A DNA stretch of 64,000 bases from contig JANJGN010000052.1 in assembly GCA_026770705.1 (NCBI GenBank), forward strand, positions 744,001 through 808,000, read 5' to 3'. The position numbers were made by a program, and so were the translations under genes. The notes beneath the pieces were generated by a model. The model did no database searches. It saw only the letters and a list, made by a program, of their open reading frames with translations, and was not told the origin of the DNA. Positions 1 to 12,579 of this stretch are shown one piece after another. This DNA is from Isurus oxyrinchus. Its lineage: Eukaryota. Within the stretch, counting starts at the first letter, position 1; every line of letters starts with the position of its first letter.

Positions 1-1348
1 CTGTGTCTCTGTTGTGGTCTGACCAAAGCGTCGAGGGTCGTCTCATGTCATGTAGCTCGATCTCAGGCTGTTCACCATGTCATACCTGTACTGAATCTTG
101 CTGCCAGAATGTTTGGCCACCGCTGATCACCATGTTGTGTTTTTATAATGATATAAAGGCACCAGCCACTGATACGGAATTGGGTAAATACATTGTGGGT
201 TGAGTTATTTAGAACAGGGACATGAGAACAGATATACAAGGATAGAAAGCTGGGAGACACCTGCGGCCAAACTGTGTGAGCTGTGTTCTGCTCACAGGCC
301 AAAGTGAAACTTGGACTGGATGGTGTTATCATCCCAGCTGATGTTACTACTGGGCAAGTCAGATCCCAGGGTGGAACTCAGCTTGATAGGTCCTAACTTT
401 TATTTTTTATTTAGGAATGTGGAGTGCGGCTACTGAACAGAGTCACAGGAGTCATCTGATGATCTTCTAACAAAAGAATAAAACATTTATTAAACTAGGA
501 AAGACAAACTATATTACATTACACCTTCACCCAGATCTATACCTTTGCAGATTCATAAGTAGAACACAAGTTACAATAACTATCTTATATTCTCATGTTC
601 ACACTAAGTGCACAGTCGATATAAACCAATAGACGACCTGTGGTCAGGGACACCACATTCTGAAAGAAACTGACAGAACCCACTTGAAACAAATGCCAAG
701 TCTCCCTCCTCATCTGACCCCAGACGCTTGTTACACTGTGAGACAACCAGTCTCACTGACTCTCCAAGAACTCGCTTTGGAATCTTCTCCAACATGACAC
801 ATTCACTCAGACACCTTCCACAAGGGTCCACTTTCACTATTTCAAACTCTCCTTCCCATGTTCCTGCCCCCTGGATCGCCACGTGCATTCAGCCTTCCTT
901 CCACGCCCTGTCTCTCCAATGCTCAGCCGTGTCAATGGAACACCATGGCTTCACATGGCCGTAGTAATGAGTCACCAACCTGTGGTGTCTCCTAGGATCT
1001 TCTGGCTTCTCACAAGCCTATTTTGATTTAGGCAAAACAAAATCAGCAAGTTAACCCAATGCCCCGGACAGTGGAATTCCAAATGCATTGTCCCCAACTT
1101 CAGTTCTGTTGGAGAGCAGGCTTGTGCACAAACAGGGTCCTGAGGACCATGAACCAATGTAGAATGAACTTTTCCGCTTTTGTGTCCAGGATTCTCTTCC
1201 ATCTGGTGTGATACCTTGTGGAGTTCATTGTGTGTCCTGTAGATGGTCCACACTGCAGCCACTGTGCCCGAGTGATGGAGGGGGTGGATAATGAGTCTTG
1301 TGGATCAACAAAACATCCAGAGTTAAATATTGATATTTCTCTCCCCAG

Positions 1349-1726
1349 TTGGATTGTCACAAGAGTGGAAAGGTGACACTCCACGAGAGGTGACAGCGCA
1401 GAAAGGTTCGTGTGTACAGATTCCATGTCATTACAGTTATCCATCAGATTTGGTAAAGAAACCACATGTCGGAATCTGGAAAATGAGAAGCTACATACGG
1501 AACAAATGGTCTAAATGGTCTACAGCCTTTCACTCCAAGGATCACAGTCACGAGTTACCACGGTTCCGCCATCGGACCCGGCTGTCTGGAGACCTGAAAG
1601 ATGGCGACTGTTCCCTGATTATAAACAACATCAGACGGGAAGATGCAGGACCTTATTTTTTCACGATAAAATTTGGCAATCGTCCGAGCCATAACTATTA
1701 CCCTGTAACCCAGCTTCAGGTTTCTG
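1349..1726 (+). CDS. Siglec/MAG/CD22-like gene A, V-set Ig exon V1 (essential Arg replaced by Thr)
   Basis: ctccccag acceptor, gtaagt donor, 378 nt, phase 1-1, open. Siglec V-set hallmarks GSCVQIPCHYSYP, DGDCSLII and EDAGPYFF(T), with no F-strand Cys. Confidence 0.9.
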
Positions 1727-1984
1727 GTAAGTGCTGTGTTATAATTACTCAACAATTCACATCCAACACTCAATGGGAAATAATAGTGTTTGATTTGCTT
1801 GTTTTTTGGCCATGTTAACCAGCGTCACTATTTTTAATGATTTGTCTATTTCTGCTCCCAGATCCATGAGCTTATTGTGTGTGATTGAATCCACATCATA
1901 GCTGTAATGTAAACCGAGCTGAGGGGTGATGACACCTCCCCCCTGAGTGAAGTGTCTCCTCCCCACTACACCTTCCACCCCTTA

Positions 1985-2900
1985 CACTGTCTGTGTAAAC
2001 CCCCGTCCCATCTCCAGCCTCTCTTTCCTCTCCAAAGTCCTTGAACGTGTTTCCATCTCCCGAATCCGTTCCCATCTTTCCCGGATCTCCATGTTTGAAT
2101 CCCTCCAATCAGGTTCCCACCCCAGCCACTGTGCTGAAACAGCTCCTATCAAGGTCACAAATGGCATCCTGTGTGACTGTGACAAAGGTCAACTTTCCCT
2201 CCTCGTCCTTCTCGATCTGTCTGCAGCCTTTGACACGCTCGACCACACCATCCTCCTCCAACACCTCTCCACTGTCGTCCAGCTGGGTGGGACTGCTCTC
2301 CCCTGGCTCCATTCTTATCCATCTCATCGTAGCCAGAGAATCACTTGCAATGGTTTTGCAGCATCATCTGAACAGTTTTAGTTTTCACCTGTCCACTGAG
2401 GATGCCCAGCTCTACCTCACCACCACCTCTCTCGACTCCTCCACTGCTGCTAAATTATCAGGCTGCTTATCCGACATCCAGTACTGGATGGGCAGAAATT
2501 CCCTCCAATTAAATATTGGAAAGACTGAAGCCATTGTCTTCATTCCCCGCTCCAAACTCTGTTCCCTCGCTACCAACTCCATTCCTCTCCCTGGCAGCTC
2601 TCTGAGATTGAAGCCAATCTGTTCACAGCTTTGTTGTCCCATTTGATCCTGAGATGAGCTTCCGGCCTCATATCTGCGCCCTCACTAACACCGTCTATTT
2701 CCACCTCCGTAACATTGTACGACGTCACCCTGTCTCAGCTCATCTGCTGCTGAAACCCTCATCCACGCCTTCATTACCTCCAGACTCGACTGTTCCAACA
2801 CACGCTCTACACTCCATAAACTTGAGGCCATCCAAAACTGCTGACCACGTCCTTACTCACACCAAGTCCCGAGACTGGTTCCTGGTCAAGCAAAGTCTCA
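1985..2900 (+). mobile_element. L2-clade LINE RT fragment (degenerate)
   Basis: RPISSLSFLSKVLER, QSG..HCAETA.IKVTN, LLDLSAAFDTLDH. Confidence 0.85.
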
Positions 2901-2974
2901 ATGTCACAATTTTTGAATATTTTTCCTCCCTATTACAGTAATCTCCTCCTCTTCCTTCATCCACGGCAACATTC

Positions 2975-4035
2975 CCTATCTCAGGAGTCTCCTCCTGTCC
3001 CTACAACCCTCCCTATCTCAGGAGCCTCCTCCAGTCCCTACAACCCTCCCTATCTCAGGAGTCTCCTCCTGTCCCTACAACCCTCCCTATCTCAGGAGCC
3101 TCTTCCAGTCCCTACAACCCTCCCTATCTCAGGAGCCTCCTCCAGTCCCTACAACCCTCCCTATCTCAGGAGCCTCCTCCAGTCCCTACAACCTTCCCTA
3201 TCTCAGGAGACTCCTCCAGTCTCTACAACCCTCCTATCTCAGTACCTTCTTCCAATCCCGAAAACCATTCCTATCACTGCAAACTCCTCCGGACCCAACA
3301 CCCCTCCCTATCTCTTTAACCTCCTCAAGCCCCGATAACCCTCGCGATATTTGTAGCCTCCTTGAGTCCTAACAACCTCCCCTATCTCTGCAACCTCCTC
3401 CAGACCGAATACCTCTCCCTATCTCTGTAAGCTGCTCCATCTCTTACAACCCTTCATATTTCTGTAACCTCATCCAGCCCACTACAACCCTCCCTATCTC
3501 TGTAACCTCCTCCAGTCCTTAAAAGCTTCCATTATCTCTGTAACCTCCTCCAGCCATTATAACCCTCCCTATCTGTAGCCTCCCTCAGCCCCAGCCACAC
3601 TCCATATCTATGTAACCTCGTCCTGCCCCTACAACCCTCCCTATCTCTGTAACCCCATCCTGCCCCAAAAACTCCCCCATCTCTGTAAACTCCTCCAGTC
3701 CCTGCAACCTTCCCTACCTCTGAAACCTCCACCAGCCTTTCCAACCCTCCCTACCTCTGCAATCCGTCCAGCCCCTACAACTCTTCCTATCCCTGTAAAC
3801 TCCTCCTGCCCCTAAAACCCTCTCTGCTCTTGCAGCCTCCTCCAGTCCCTACACGCTCCCCATCTCCATAAACTCCTCAAGTCCCTACAGCCCTCCCTAT
3901 CTCTGCAACCTCCTCCAGGTCCTACCACCCTCCCTATCTGCGTAACCTCCTCCAGCATCTACAGCCCTCCCTATCTCTGTTACCTCCTCCAGCCCCCACA
4001 AACCTCCCTATCTGTGTAACCTCCTCCAGCCCCTG
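2975..4035 (+). repeat. 37-bp minisatellite (ccctccctatctctgtaacctcctccagcccctacaa); also 6630-7580, 37995-38845, 41460-42080, 56360-56610, 59265-60560
   Basis: Tandem degenerate units visible directly. Confidence 0.92.
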
Positions 4036-4104
4036 ATGGAAGGTGGGTCGAGCGGGTCAGTCACTTGCATGTTTATTCTGCAGCTTTAATATTTTAAGAT
4101 GGTA

Positions 4105-4925
4105 AGAATGTAGGAACATAAGAAATAGGGACAGGAGCAGGCCATTCGGCCCCTCACTGATCTGGTTGTAGCCTTAACTCCATTTTCCTGCCTGTCCCCC
4201 AAACCCTTGACTCCCTTGTCGATCAAAAACCTGCCTCACTCAGCCTTGAGTCTATTCAATGGCCCAGCCTCCACTGCTCTCTGGGGAAGAGAATTCCACA
4301 GGCTAGCGCCCCTCTGAGAGAGGAAATTCCTCCTCATCTCAGTCTTAAATGGGAGAGCACTCATTCCGAAACTGTGCTCCCTGGTTCTAGATTCCCCCAC
4401 GAGGGGGAAACATCCTCCCAGTATCCACCCTGTCAAGCCCCCTCGGAATCGGATATGTTTCAATAAGGTCACCCCTCATTCTTCTAAACTCCAATGGATA
4501 CAGGCCCAACCTGCTCAACATTTACTCACAGGACAAACCCTTTAATCCCAGGAATCAGCCCAGTGAACCTCCTCTGGACTGCGTTCAATGCAACTCTATC
4601 CCTCCATAAGTAAGGAGACCAGAACTGTACACACTGCTCCTGATACAATCTCACCCTGTGCAGCTGTTGCAAGACTTCCCTCCTTTTATACTCCATCCCT
4701 TTGCAATAAAGGCCAACATTCCACTTGCCTTCCTCATTCCGTGGTGTTCCTGAATGCTGACTTTCTGTGATTCATGTACAAGGACACCCAGATCCCTCTG
4801 TACTGCATTCTGCATCCTGTCTCCATTTAAATAATATCCTGTTTTTCTATTCTTCCTGCCAAAATAATTTGTTGCCATTCTCCTCAGTATTGACCATCCC
4901 CCCAATTCAGCCTCATCAGTAAATT
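4105..4925 (-). mobile_element. CR1 LINE 3' fragment
   Basis: QRDLGVLVHESQK, KASGMLAFIA, RRNFLSQR..SLWNSLPQ; CR1-type 3' tail. Confidence 0.85.
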
Positions 4926-4983
4926 TTGAGTCTAGTGGATCCACAAACCATCCAGAGTTAAATATTGATATTTCTCTCCCCAG

Positions 4984-5352
4984 CTGAACCCTCACAAGAG
5001 TGGAAAGGCGACACTCCACGAGAGGTGACAGCGCAGGAAGGTTCGTGTGTACAGATTCCATGTCATTACAGTTATCCATCGTGTCTGGAAAACCAAACGC
5101 GAGGTGGAGTCTGGTTTAATAATGAGAAAGAGATTCCCTGGGCTCCCATTGCCTTTCACTCCAAGGATCACAGTCACGAGTTACCACGGTTCCACCATCG
5201 GACCCGGCTGTCTGGAGACCTGAAAGATGGCGACTGTTCCCTGATTATAAACAACATCAGACAGGAAGATGCAGGACCTTATTTTTTCAGGATAGAATTT
5301 GACAATGGTCCGAGACATAACTATTACCCTGTAACCCAGCTTCACGTTTCTG
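4984..5352 (+). CDS. Siglec-like gene A, V-set exon V2 (Arg intact)
   Basis: AG/GT flanked, 369 nt, phase 1-1; GSCVQIPC...DCSL...DAGPYFFRIEF. Confidence 0.9.
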
Positions 5353-5609
5353 GTAAGTGCTGTGTTATAATTACTCAACAATTCACATTCAACACTCAAT
5401 GGGAAATAATAGTGTTTGATTTGCTTGTTTTTTGGCCGTGTTAACCAGCGTCACTATTTTTAATGATTTGTCTATTTCTGCTCCCAGATCCATGAGCTTA
5501 TTGTGTGTGATTGAATCCACATCATAGCTGTAACGTAAACCGAGCTGAGGGGTGATGACACCTCCCCCCTGAGTGAAGTGTCTCCTCCCCACTACACCTT
5601 CCACCCCTC

Positions 5610-6560
5610 ACACTGTCCGTGTAAACCCCCGTCCCATCTCCAGCCTCTCTTTCCCCTCCAAAGTCCTTGAACGTGTTTCCATCTCCCGAATCCGGTTCCA
5701 TCTTTCCCGGAACTCCATGTTTGAATCCCTCCAATCAGGTTCCCACCCCAGCCACTGTGCTGAAACAGCTCTTATCAAGGTCACAAATGGCATCCTGTGT
5801 GACTGTGACAAAGGTCAACTTTCCCTCCTCCTCCTTCTCGATCTGTCTGCAGCCTTTGACACGCTCGACCACACCATCCTCCTCCAACACCTGTCCACTG
5901 TCGTCCAGCTGGGTGGGACTGCTCTCCCCTGGCTCCATTCTTATCCATCTCATCGTAGCCAGAGAATCACTTGCAATGGCTTTGCAGCATCATCTGAACA
6001 GTGTTAGTTTTCACCTGTCCACTGAGGATCCCCAGCTCTACCTCACCACCACCTCTCTCGACTCCTCCACTGCTGCTAAATTATCAGGCTGCTTATCCGA
6101 CATCCAGTACTGGATGGGCAGAAATTCCCTCCAATTAAATATTGGAAAGACTGAAGCCATTGTCTTCATTCCCCGCTCCAAACTCTGTTCCCTCGCTACC
6201 AACTCCATTCCTCTCCCTGGCAGCTCTCTGAGATTGAAGCCAATCTGTTCACAGCTTTGTTGTCCCATTTGATCCTGAGATGAGCTTCCGGCCTCATATC
6301 TGCGCCCTCACTAACACCGTCTATTTCCACCTCCATAACGTCGTACGACTTCACCCTGTCTCAGCTCATCTGCTGCTGAAACCCTCATCCACGCCTTCAT
6401 TACCTCCAGACTCGACTGTTCCAACACATGCTCTACACTCCATAAACTTGAGGCCATCCAAAACTGCTGACCACGTCCTTACTCACACCAAGTCCCGTTC
6501 CCTTATCACCCGCTCTGCTCGATGACCGAGACTGGCTCCTGGTCAAGCAAAGTCTCAATG
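5610..6560 (+). mobile_element. L2-clade LINE RT fragment (duplicate)
   Basis: Copy of 1985-2900. Confidence 0.85.
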
Positions 6561-7649
6561 TCCAAATTTTTGAATATTTTTCCTCCCTATTACAGTAATC
6601 TCCTCCTTTATCTTCATCCACGGCAACATTCCCTATCTCAGGAGCCTCCTCCAGTCCCTACAACCCTCTCTATCTCAGGAGCCTCCTCCAGTCCCTACAA
6701 CCCTCCCTATCTCAGGAGCCTCCTCCAGTCCCTACAACCCTCCCTATCTCAGGAGACTCCTCCAGTCCCTACAACCCTCCTATCTCAGTACTCTCTTCCA
6801 ATCCCGAAAACCATTCCTATCACTGCAAACTCCTCCGGACCCAACACCCCTCCCTATCTCTTTAACCTCCTCAAGCCCCGATAACCCTCGCGATATATGT
6901 AGCCTCCTCCAGTCCTAACAACCTCCCCTATCTCTGCAACCTCCTCCAGACCGAATACCTCTCCCTATCTCTGTAAGCTGGTCCATCTCTTACAACCCTT
7001 CATATTTCTGTAACCTCCTCCAGCCCACTACAACCCTCCCTATCTCTGTAACCTCCTCCAGTCCCTAAGAGTTTCCTTTATCTCTGTAACCTCCTCCAGC
7101 CATTATAACCCTCCCTAACTCTGTAGCCTCCCTCAGCCCCAGCCACACTCCATATCTATGTAACCTCGTCCTGCCCTTACAACCCTCCCTATCTCTGTAA
7201 CCCCATCCTGCCCCAAAAACTCCCCCATCTCTGTAAATCCTCCAGTCCCTGCAACCTTCCCTACCTCTGAAACCTCCACCAGCCTTTCCAACCCTCCCTA
7301 CCTCTGCAATCCGTCCAGCCCCTACAACTCTTCCTATCCCTGTAAACTCCTCCTGCCCCTAAAACCCTCTCTGCCCTTGCAGCCTCCTCCAGTCCCTACG
7401 CGCTCCCCATCTCCATAAACTCCTCAAATCCCTACAGCCCTCCCTATCTCTGCAACCTCCTCCAGGTCCTACCACCCTCCCTATCTGCGTAACCTCCTCC
7501 AGCATCTACAGCCCTCCCTATCTCTGTTACCTCCTCCAGCCCCCACAAACCTCCCTATCTGTGTAACCTCCTCCAGCCCCTGATGGAAGGTGGGTCGAGT
7601 GGGTCAGTCACTTGCATGTTTATTCTGCAGCTTTAATATTTTAAGAAGG

Positions 7650-8485
7650 TAAGAATGTAGGAACATAAGAAATAGGGACAGGAGCAGGCCATTCGGCCCC
7701 TCGAGCCTGCTCTCACTGATCTGGTTGTGGCCTTAACTCCATTTTCCTGCCTGTCCCCCAAACCCTTGACTCCCTTGTCGATCAAAAACCTGCCTCACTC
7801 AGCCTTGAGTCTATTCAATGGCCCAGCCTCCACTGCTCTCTGGGGAAGAGAATTCCACAGGCTAGCGCCCCTCTGAGAGAGGAAATTCCTCCTCATCTCA
7901 GTCTTAAATGGGAGAGCCCTCATTCCGAAACTGTGCTCCCTGGTTCTAGATTCCCCCACGAGGGGGAAACATCCTCCCAGTATCCACCCTGTCAAGCCCC
8001 CTCGGAATCGGATATGTTTCAATAAGGTCACCCCTCATTCTTCTAAACTCCAATGGATACAGGCCCAACCTGCTCAACATTTACTCACAGGACAAACCCT
8101 TTAATCCCAGGTATCAGCCCAGTGAAGCTTCTCTGAACTGCCTTCAATGCAACTCTATCCCTCCATAAGTAAGGAGACCAGAACTGTACACACTGCTCCT
8201 GATACAATCTCACCCTGTGCAGCTGTTGCAAGACTTCCCTCCTTTTAGACTCCATCCCTTTGCAATAAAGGCCAACATTCCACTTGCCTTCCTCATTCCG
8301 TGGTGATCCTGAATGCTGACTTTCTGTGATTCATGTACAAGGACACCCAGATCCCTCTGTACTGCATTCTGCAGCCTGTCTCCATTTAAATAATATCCTG
8401 TTTTTCTATTCTTCCTGCCAAAATAATTTGTTGCCATTCTCCTCAGTATTGACCATCCCCCCAATTCAGCCTCATCTGTAAATTT
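7650..8485 (-). mobile_element. CR1 LINE 3' fragment (duplicate)
   Basis: Copy of 4105-4925. Confidence 0.85.
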
Positions 8486-8542
8486 TGAGTCTAGTGGATC
8501 CACAAACCATCCAGAGTTAAATATTGAGATTTCTCTCCCCAG

Positions 8543-8911
8543 ATAAACCCTCACAAGAGTGGAAAGGTGACAGTCCACGAGAGGTGACAGCGCAGGAAGG
8601 TTCGTGTGTACAGATTCCATGTCATTACAGTTATCCATCGTGTCTGGAAAACCAACCGCGAGGTGGAGTCTGGTTTAATAATGAGAAACAGATTCCCTGG
8701 GCTCCCATTGCCTTTCACTCCAAGGATCACAGTCACGAGTTACCACGGTTCCACCATCGGACCCGGCTGTCTGGAGACCTGAAAGATGGCGACTGTTCCC
8801 TGATTATAAACAACATCAGACGGGAAGATGAAGGACCTTATTTTTTCAGAATAGAATTTGACAATGGTCCGAGCCATAACTATTACCCTGTTACCCAGCT
8901 TCACGTTTCTG
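8543..8911 (+). CDS. Siglec-like gene A, V-set exon V3 (Arg intact)
   Basis: AG/GT flanked, 369 nt, phase 1-1; near-identical to V2; DEGPYFFRIEF. Confidence 0.9.
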
Positions 8912-9723
8912 GTAAGTGCTGTGTTATAATTACTCAACAATTCACATCCAACACTCAATGGGAAATAACACAAACTGTGACGTTTACATATTAACACAAA
9001 ACACAGCTTATTATAACACACTGTCTGATTCTCAATAACCTGCTAATAGCTTCCAGTTCAGTCCTAAAACAACCTCTAATACCACTTTAATATCAATGAT
9101 TAAATGTATTGACTGTGTCCATCAATGTTATCAGGTTATCCACTTACATCAATCTCCCTAATCCTGTTTAAAACTTTTACATATCAACAAAAGAAAGATT
9201 TGCATTTCTATAGCACCTTTCACCACCTCTGGACGTCGCAAATGGATTCACAACCATTGAAATAATTCTTGAAATGTAGCCCTTGTTGTAATCTGGGAAA
9301 CACAGCAGCCAATTTGTGCACAGGAAGCTCCCAGAAACAGCAATGTGATCAATAACCTGATCGTCTGCTTTAGATGCCGGTTCAGTGATTGGTTCAAATG
9401 GATTCTCTCCTGCTGGGATCTGGATAGAATTTAAATCTGGCAGATTTCGGAGAAAGTAACAAGCCAGTGTGTCAGGAACTGTGAGCTGATCCCCCACCCT
9501 CACCCGGGATTGTCAATTCAATTGTCTCAAAGTGGAAGTGAATTCATCTGAGTGACAGAAACTCCACTAAGTCTGAAAATAGGAAATTCTCTCCTGATCA
9601 TTGTAATCTCTCAGTTCTGATATCATCCTTGTAAAAGTGCTTTCTCTTGTGGGACTGTGATTTCTATTTGAACTGATGCTTCACGTTATATTTCTCTAAA
9701 AGGATCCATTCTCTGTGTGTTAG

Positions 9724-10020
9724 ATTTCACAGATAAACCCATGATATTCCCTGCTGAAATTATTGCAGGAAAGCGTGTGGATGTAAGCTGCACCTTCAAC
9801 ACAACGTGCAATGGAACAGCAGCACCTGTCTTAACCTGGGACACTCCCACTGACGTACCTGGATCAGTCTCAAACACTGTAACTCAACATGGTGTCACTC
9901 TGACCTATACTTCTGTTCTGACCCTGATCCCATCACTCAAACACCACGGACACACTCTCAGCTGCAGAGTGAGATATCCATCTGTTTCATCGGAGCGGAC
10001 CCTTGTACTAACTGTACAAG
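9724..10020 (+). CDS. Siglec-like gene A, domain-2 C2-set Ig exon
   Basis: ttag acceptor, gtaagt donor, 297 nt. SCTFNTTC carries the extra Cys typical of the Siglec D1-D2 interdomain bond; PVLTW...SVLTLIPS..HHGHTLSCRV. Confidence 0.9.
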
Positions 10021-10394
10021 GTAAGTACTGACACCCTTGATTCTATATTAGCTGTAATAGGATACAATGTGCAGAGCAAGATCCCACAAACATCACTGGG
10101 TTGAAGACAAAACAGGTCCTTTTTTATTAGTGATATTGACCAGGGAGAGCTCTTCCTGTATTGAGCCTTGGGATTGTTTATGCCTACCTGATAAGGCAGA
10201 GGGGGCCAAGGTTGAACTTAAAAGACAATATAGGATAATATAAATATTGTCTTCATTGATGTCAAAGATTTTGGGGGAGATGTAGTATAAAAGTTTAATA
10301 TTAACAATGTAAATAGATAGTATTTATCATCAGTTACTCAAGGTCACATGAGAATAGAACACGGAGAGAGATAGTTCTATAGATACCTAGGTAC

Positions 10395-12465
10395 ATAGAA
10401 ACTAGGAGCAGGATTAGGACATTCAGCCCTTCAAGCCTTCTCCGCCATTCAATATGATCAAGGCTGACCCTCTATCTCAAAGCCTTATTCCCGCTTTCTC
10501 TCCGTACCCTTTGATGCCCCTAATATCAAAATATTTATCAGTTTCTTTCTTGAATACACTCAGTGACCCGGCCTCCACAGCCTCTGTGATGGAGAATTCC
10601 ACAGATTGACCACCCTCTGAGTGAAGAAATGTTTCCCTATCTCAGTCCAAAATGGCCTGCCCTGTATCCTGAGATTGTCGCCCTTGGTTTTAGACTCCCC
10701 AACCAAGGGATGCATCCTCCCTCCATCCAGTCTGTCTATCTCTGTTAGAATTTCTTACGTTTATTCAGGTCTCCTCTCATTCTTCTAAACTCTAGTGAAT
10801 ACAGACCCAGTCGTACCAATTCTCCTCATACGACAGTCCTGCCGCCCCTGGTATCAGCCTAGAGAACCTTCTCTGCGCTCTCTCGACAGCAAGTCTATCC
10901 TTTTTTAGGGAGGGAGAGCAAATCGGCACGTAGTATCCCATGTGCAGTCTCACCAAGACCTTGTATAACTGCAGTAAGACATCCCTACTCCTGAACACAA
11001 ATCCTCTTGCAATGAAGGCCAACATACCATTTGCCTTCCGAATTACTTGCTGCACCTGCCTGTTTACTTTCATTGGCTAGTGCACAAGGACACCCAGATC
11101 CCTTTGTACATCCACATTTCCCATTATATCACCATTTAAATAATACTCTGCCTTTCTGTTTTTCACACCAAAGCCTACAATGTCACATTCATCCACATCA
11201 TCTGCCATGTGTTTGCCCACACACACAACATGTCTAAATCGCCTTGAAGCCTCTTTGCATCCTCCTCACAGCTCACACCCTTACCCAGCGTTGTGTCATC
11301 AGAAAACCTGGAAATATTGCACTTGGCTCCCTCACCCAAGTCATTTATATATATCGTGAATAGTTAGGTCCCAAGCACGGATCCCTGTGGTATACCACTA
11401 GTTAACGCCTGCCACTCAGATAAAGACTAATTTATTCTGACCCTCTGTTTCCTGTCTATCGACCAATTCTCAATCCATGCCAGTAAATTACCCGCAATCC
11501 CATGGGCTTTAATGTTGCGCACTAGCCTCACGTAGGACCTTATCAAAAGCCTTCTTGAAATCTAAATACACCACATCCACTGGTTATCCCTTATCTATTC
11601 TACTCGTTACATCTTCAAAATCTCCAATAGATTAGTTAACCATGATTTTCCTTTCATTAACCCATGCTGATTTTGTCGAATCCCATTAATGCTTTCCAAG
11701 CGTTCCGTTAGCACACCTTATATAATAGGCTCTAGCGTTTTCCCCATGTTAGACTAACTGATCTGTAATTCCCAGTTTTTTTCTCTCCCTTCTATTTTAA
11801 ATAGTGGGGTTACAATTGCCACCCTCCAATCTATAGGAACTGCTCCAGAGCCTATAGGATTTTGGAGGATGACCACCAGTGCTTCCAATATTTCCAGGGT
11901 CACTTCCGTTAGTCTCTGGGATGTAGATTTTCAGGCCCTGGGGACTGTTCAACCTTTAACCCATTAATCTCTCCAGATTCATTTTTTAAAACTAATCCTG
12001 ATTATCTTCAATTCGTCCCTCTCACTAGACACTTGGTTCCCTAACATTCCTGGGAAATTATTTGTGTCCTCTTTTGTGAAGACAGAACCAAAATATATGT
12101 TCAGTTCTTCTGCCATTTCTTTGTTTCTCATTAGAATTTCCCCCATTTCTGACTGCAAGGAACCTACATCGGTCACTGCTAATCTTTCTCTCTTCACATA
12201 TTTATAGAAGCTTTTACAGTCGGTTTTTACGTTCCCTGCAAGTTTACTCCCATGTTCCATTTTCCCCTTCTTGATCAATCTTTTTGTCCACTTTTGCTGA
12301 ATTCTAAACTGCTCCCAATCCTCAGCATTGCTGCTTCCCCTGGCAATTTTATGTCTCCTCTCTGGATCTAATACTATCCCTAATTTCTTTTGTAAGCCCT
12401 GGTTGAGCACCATTTCCTGATTTATTTTTACGCCAGACAGAAATGGATAATTGTTGTAGCAAATG
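10395..12465 (-). mobile_element. CR1 LINE fragment
   Basis: KANGMLAFIARG, LLQLYKVLVR; KSFYKYVK...MAEELNIYFGSVFTKED. Confidence 0.88.
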
Positions 12466-12579
12466 CTTCAGCCTTATCTTTTGCCCTGATGTGCTGGGCT
12501 CCCCCTTCATTGAGGATGGGGATATTTGTGGATTCCCCTCCTCCAGTGAGCTAATTGTCCGTTACCATTGGATACGAGC

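Larger units (their letters stand above)
1295..8970 (+). repeat. Tandem ~3.6-kb duplication (V exon + L2 + minisatellite + CR1), two full units plus a third V
   Basis: 1727-4983 and 5353-8542 are near-identical. Confidence 0.95.

Noticed and set aside
343-1130. LTR-like segment upstream of V1, and the gene A leader exon
   Set aside because: No paired LTR or target-site duplication could be verified. No leader exon was found, so it probably lies before the window.
2901-3338. Pro/Ser-rich mucin-like ORFs (also 28242-28790, 35218-35673)
   Set aside because: Minisatellite translations with no splice support.
1349-8911. V segments of a rearranging antigen receptor (Ig/TCR/IgNAR)
   Set aside because: Each V ends in a gtaagt splice donor rather than a CACAGTG recombination signal, lacks the YYC motif and has the Siglec cysteine pattern.
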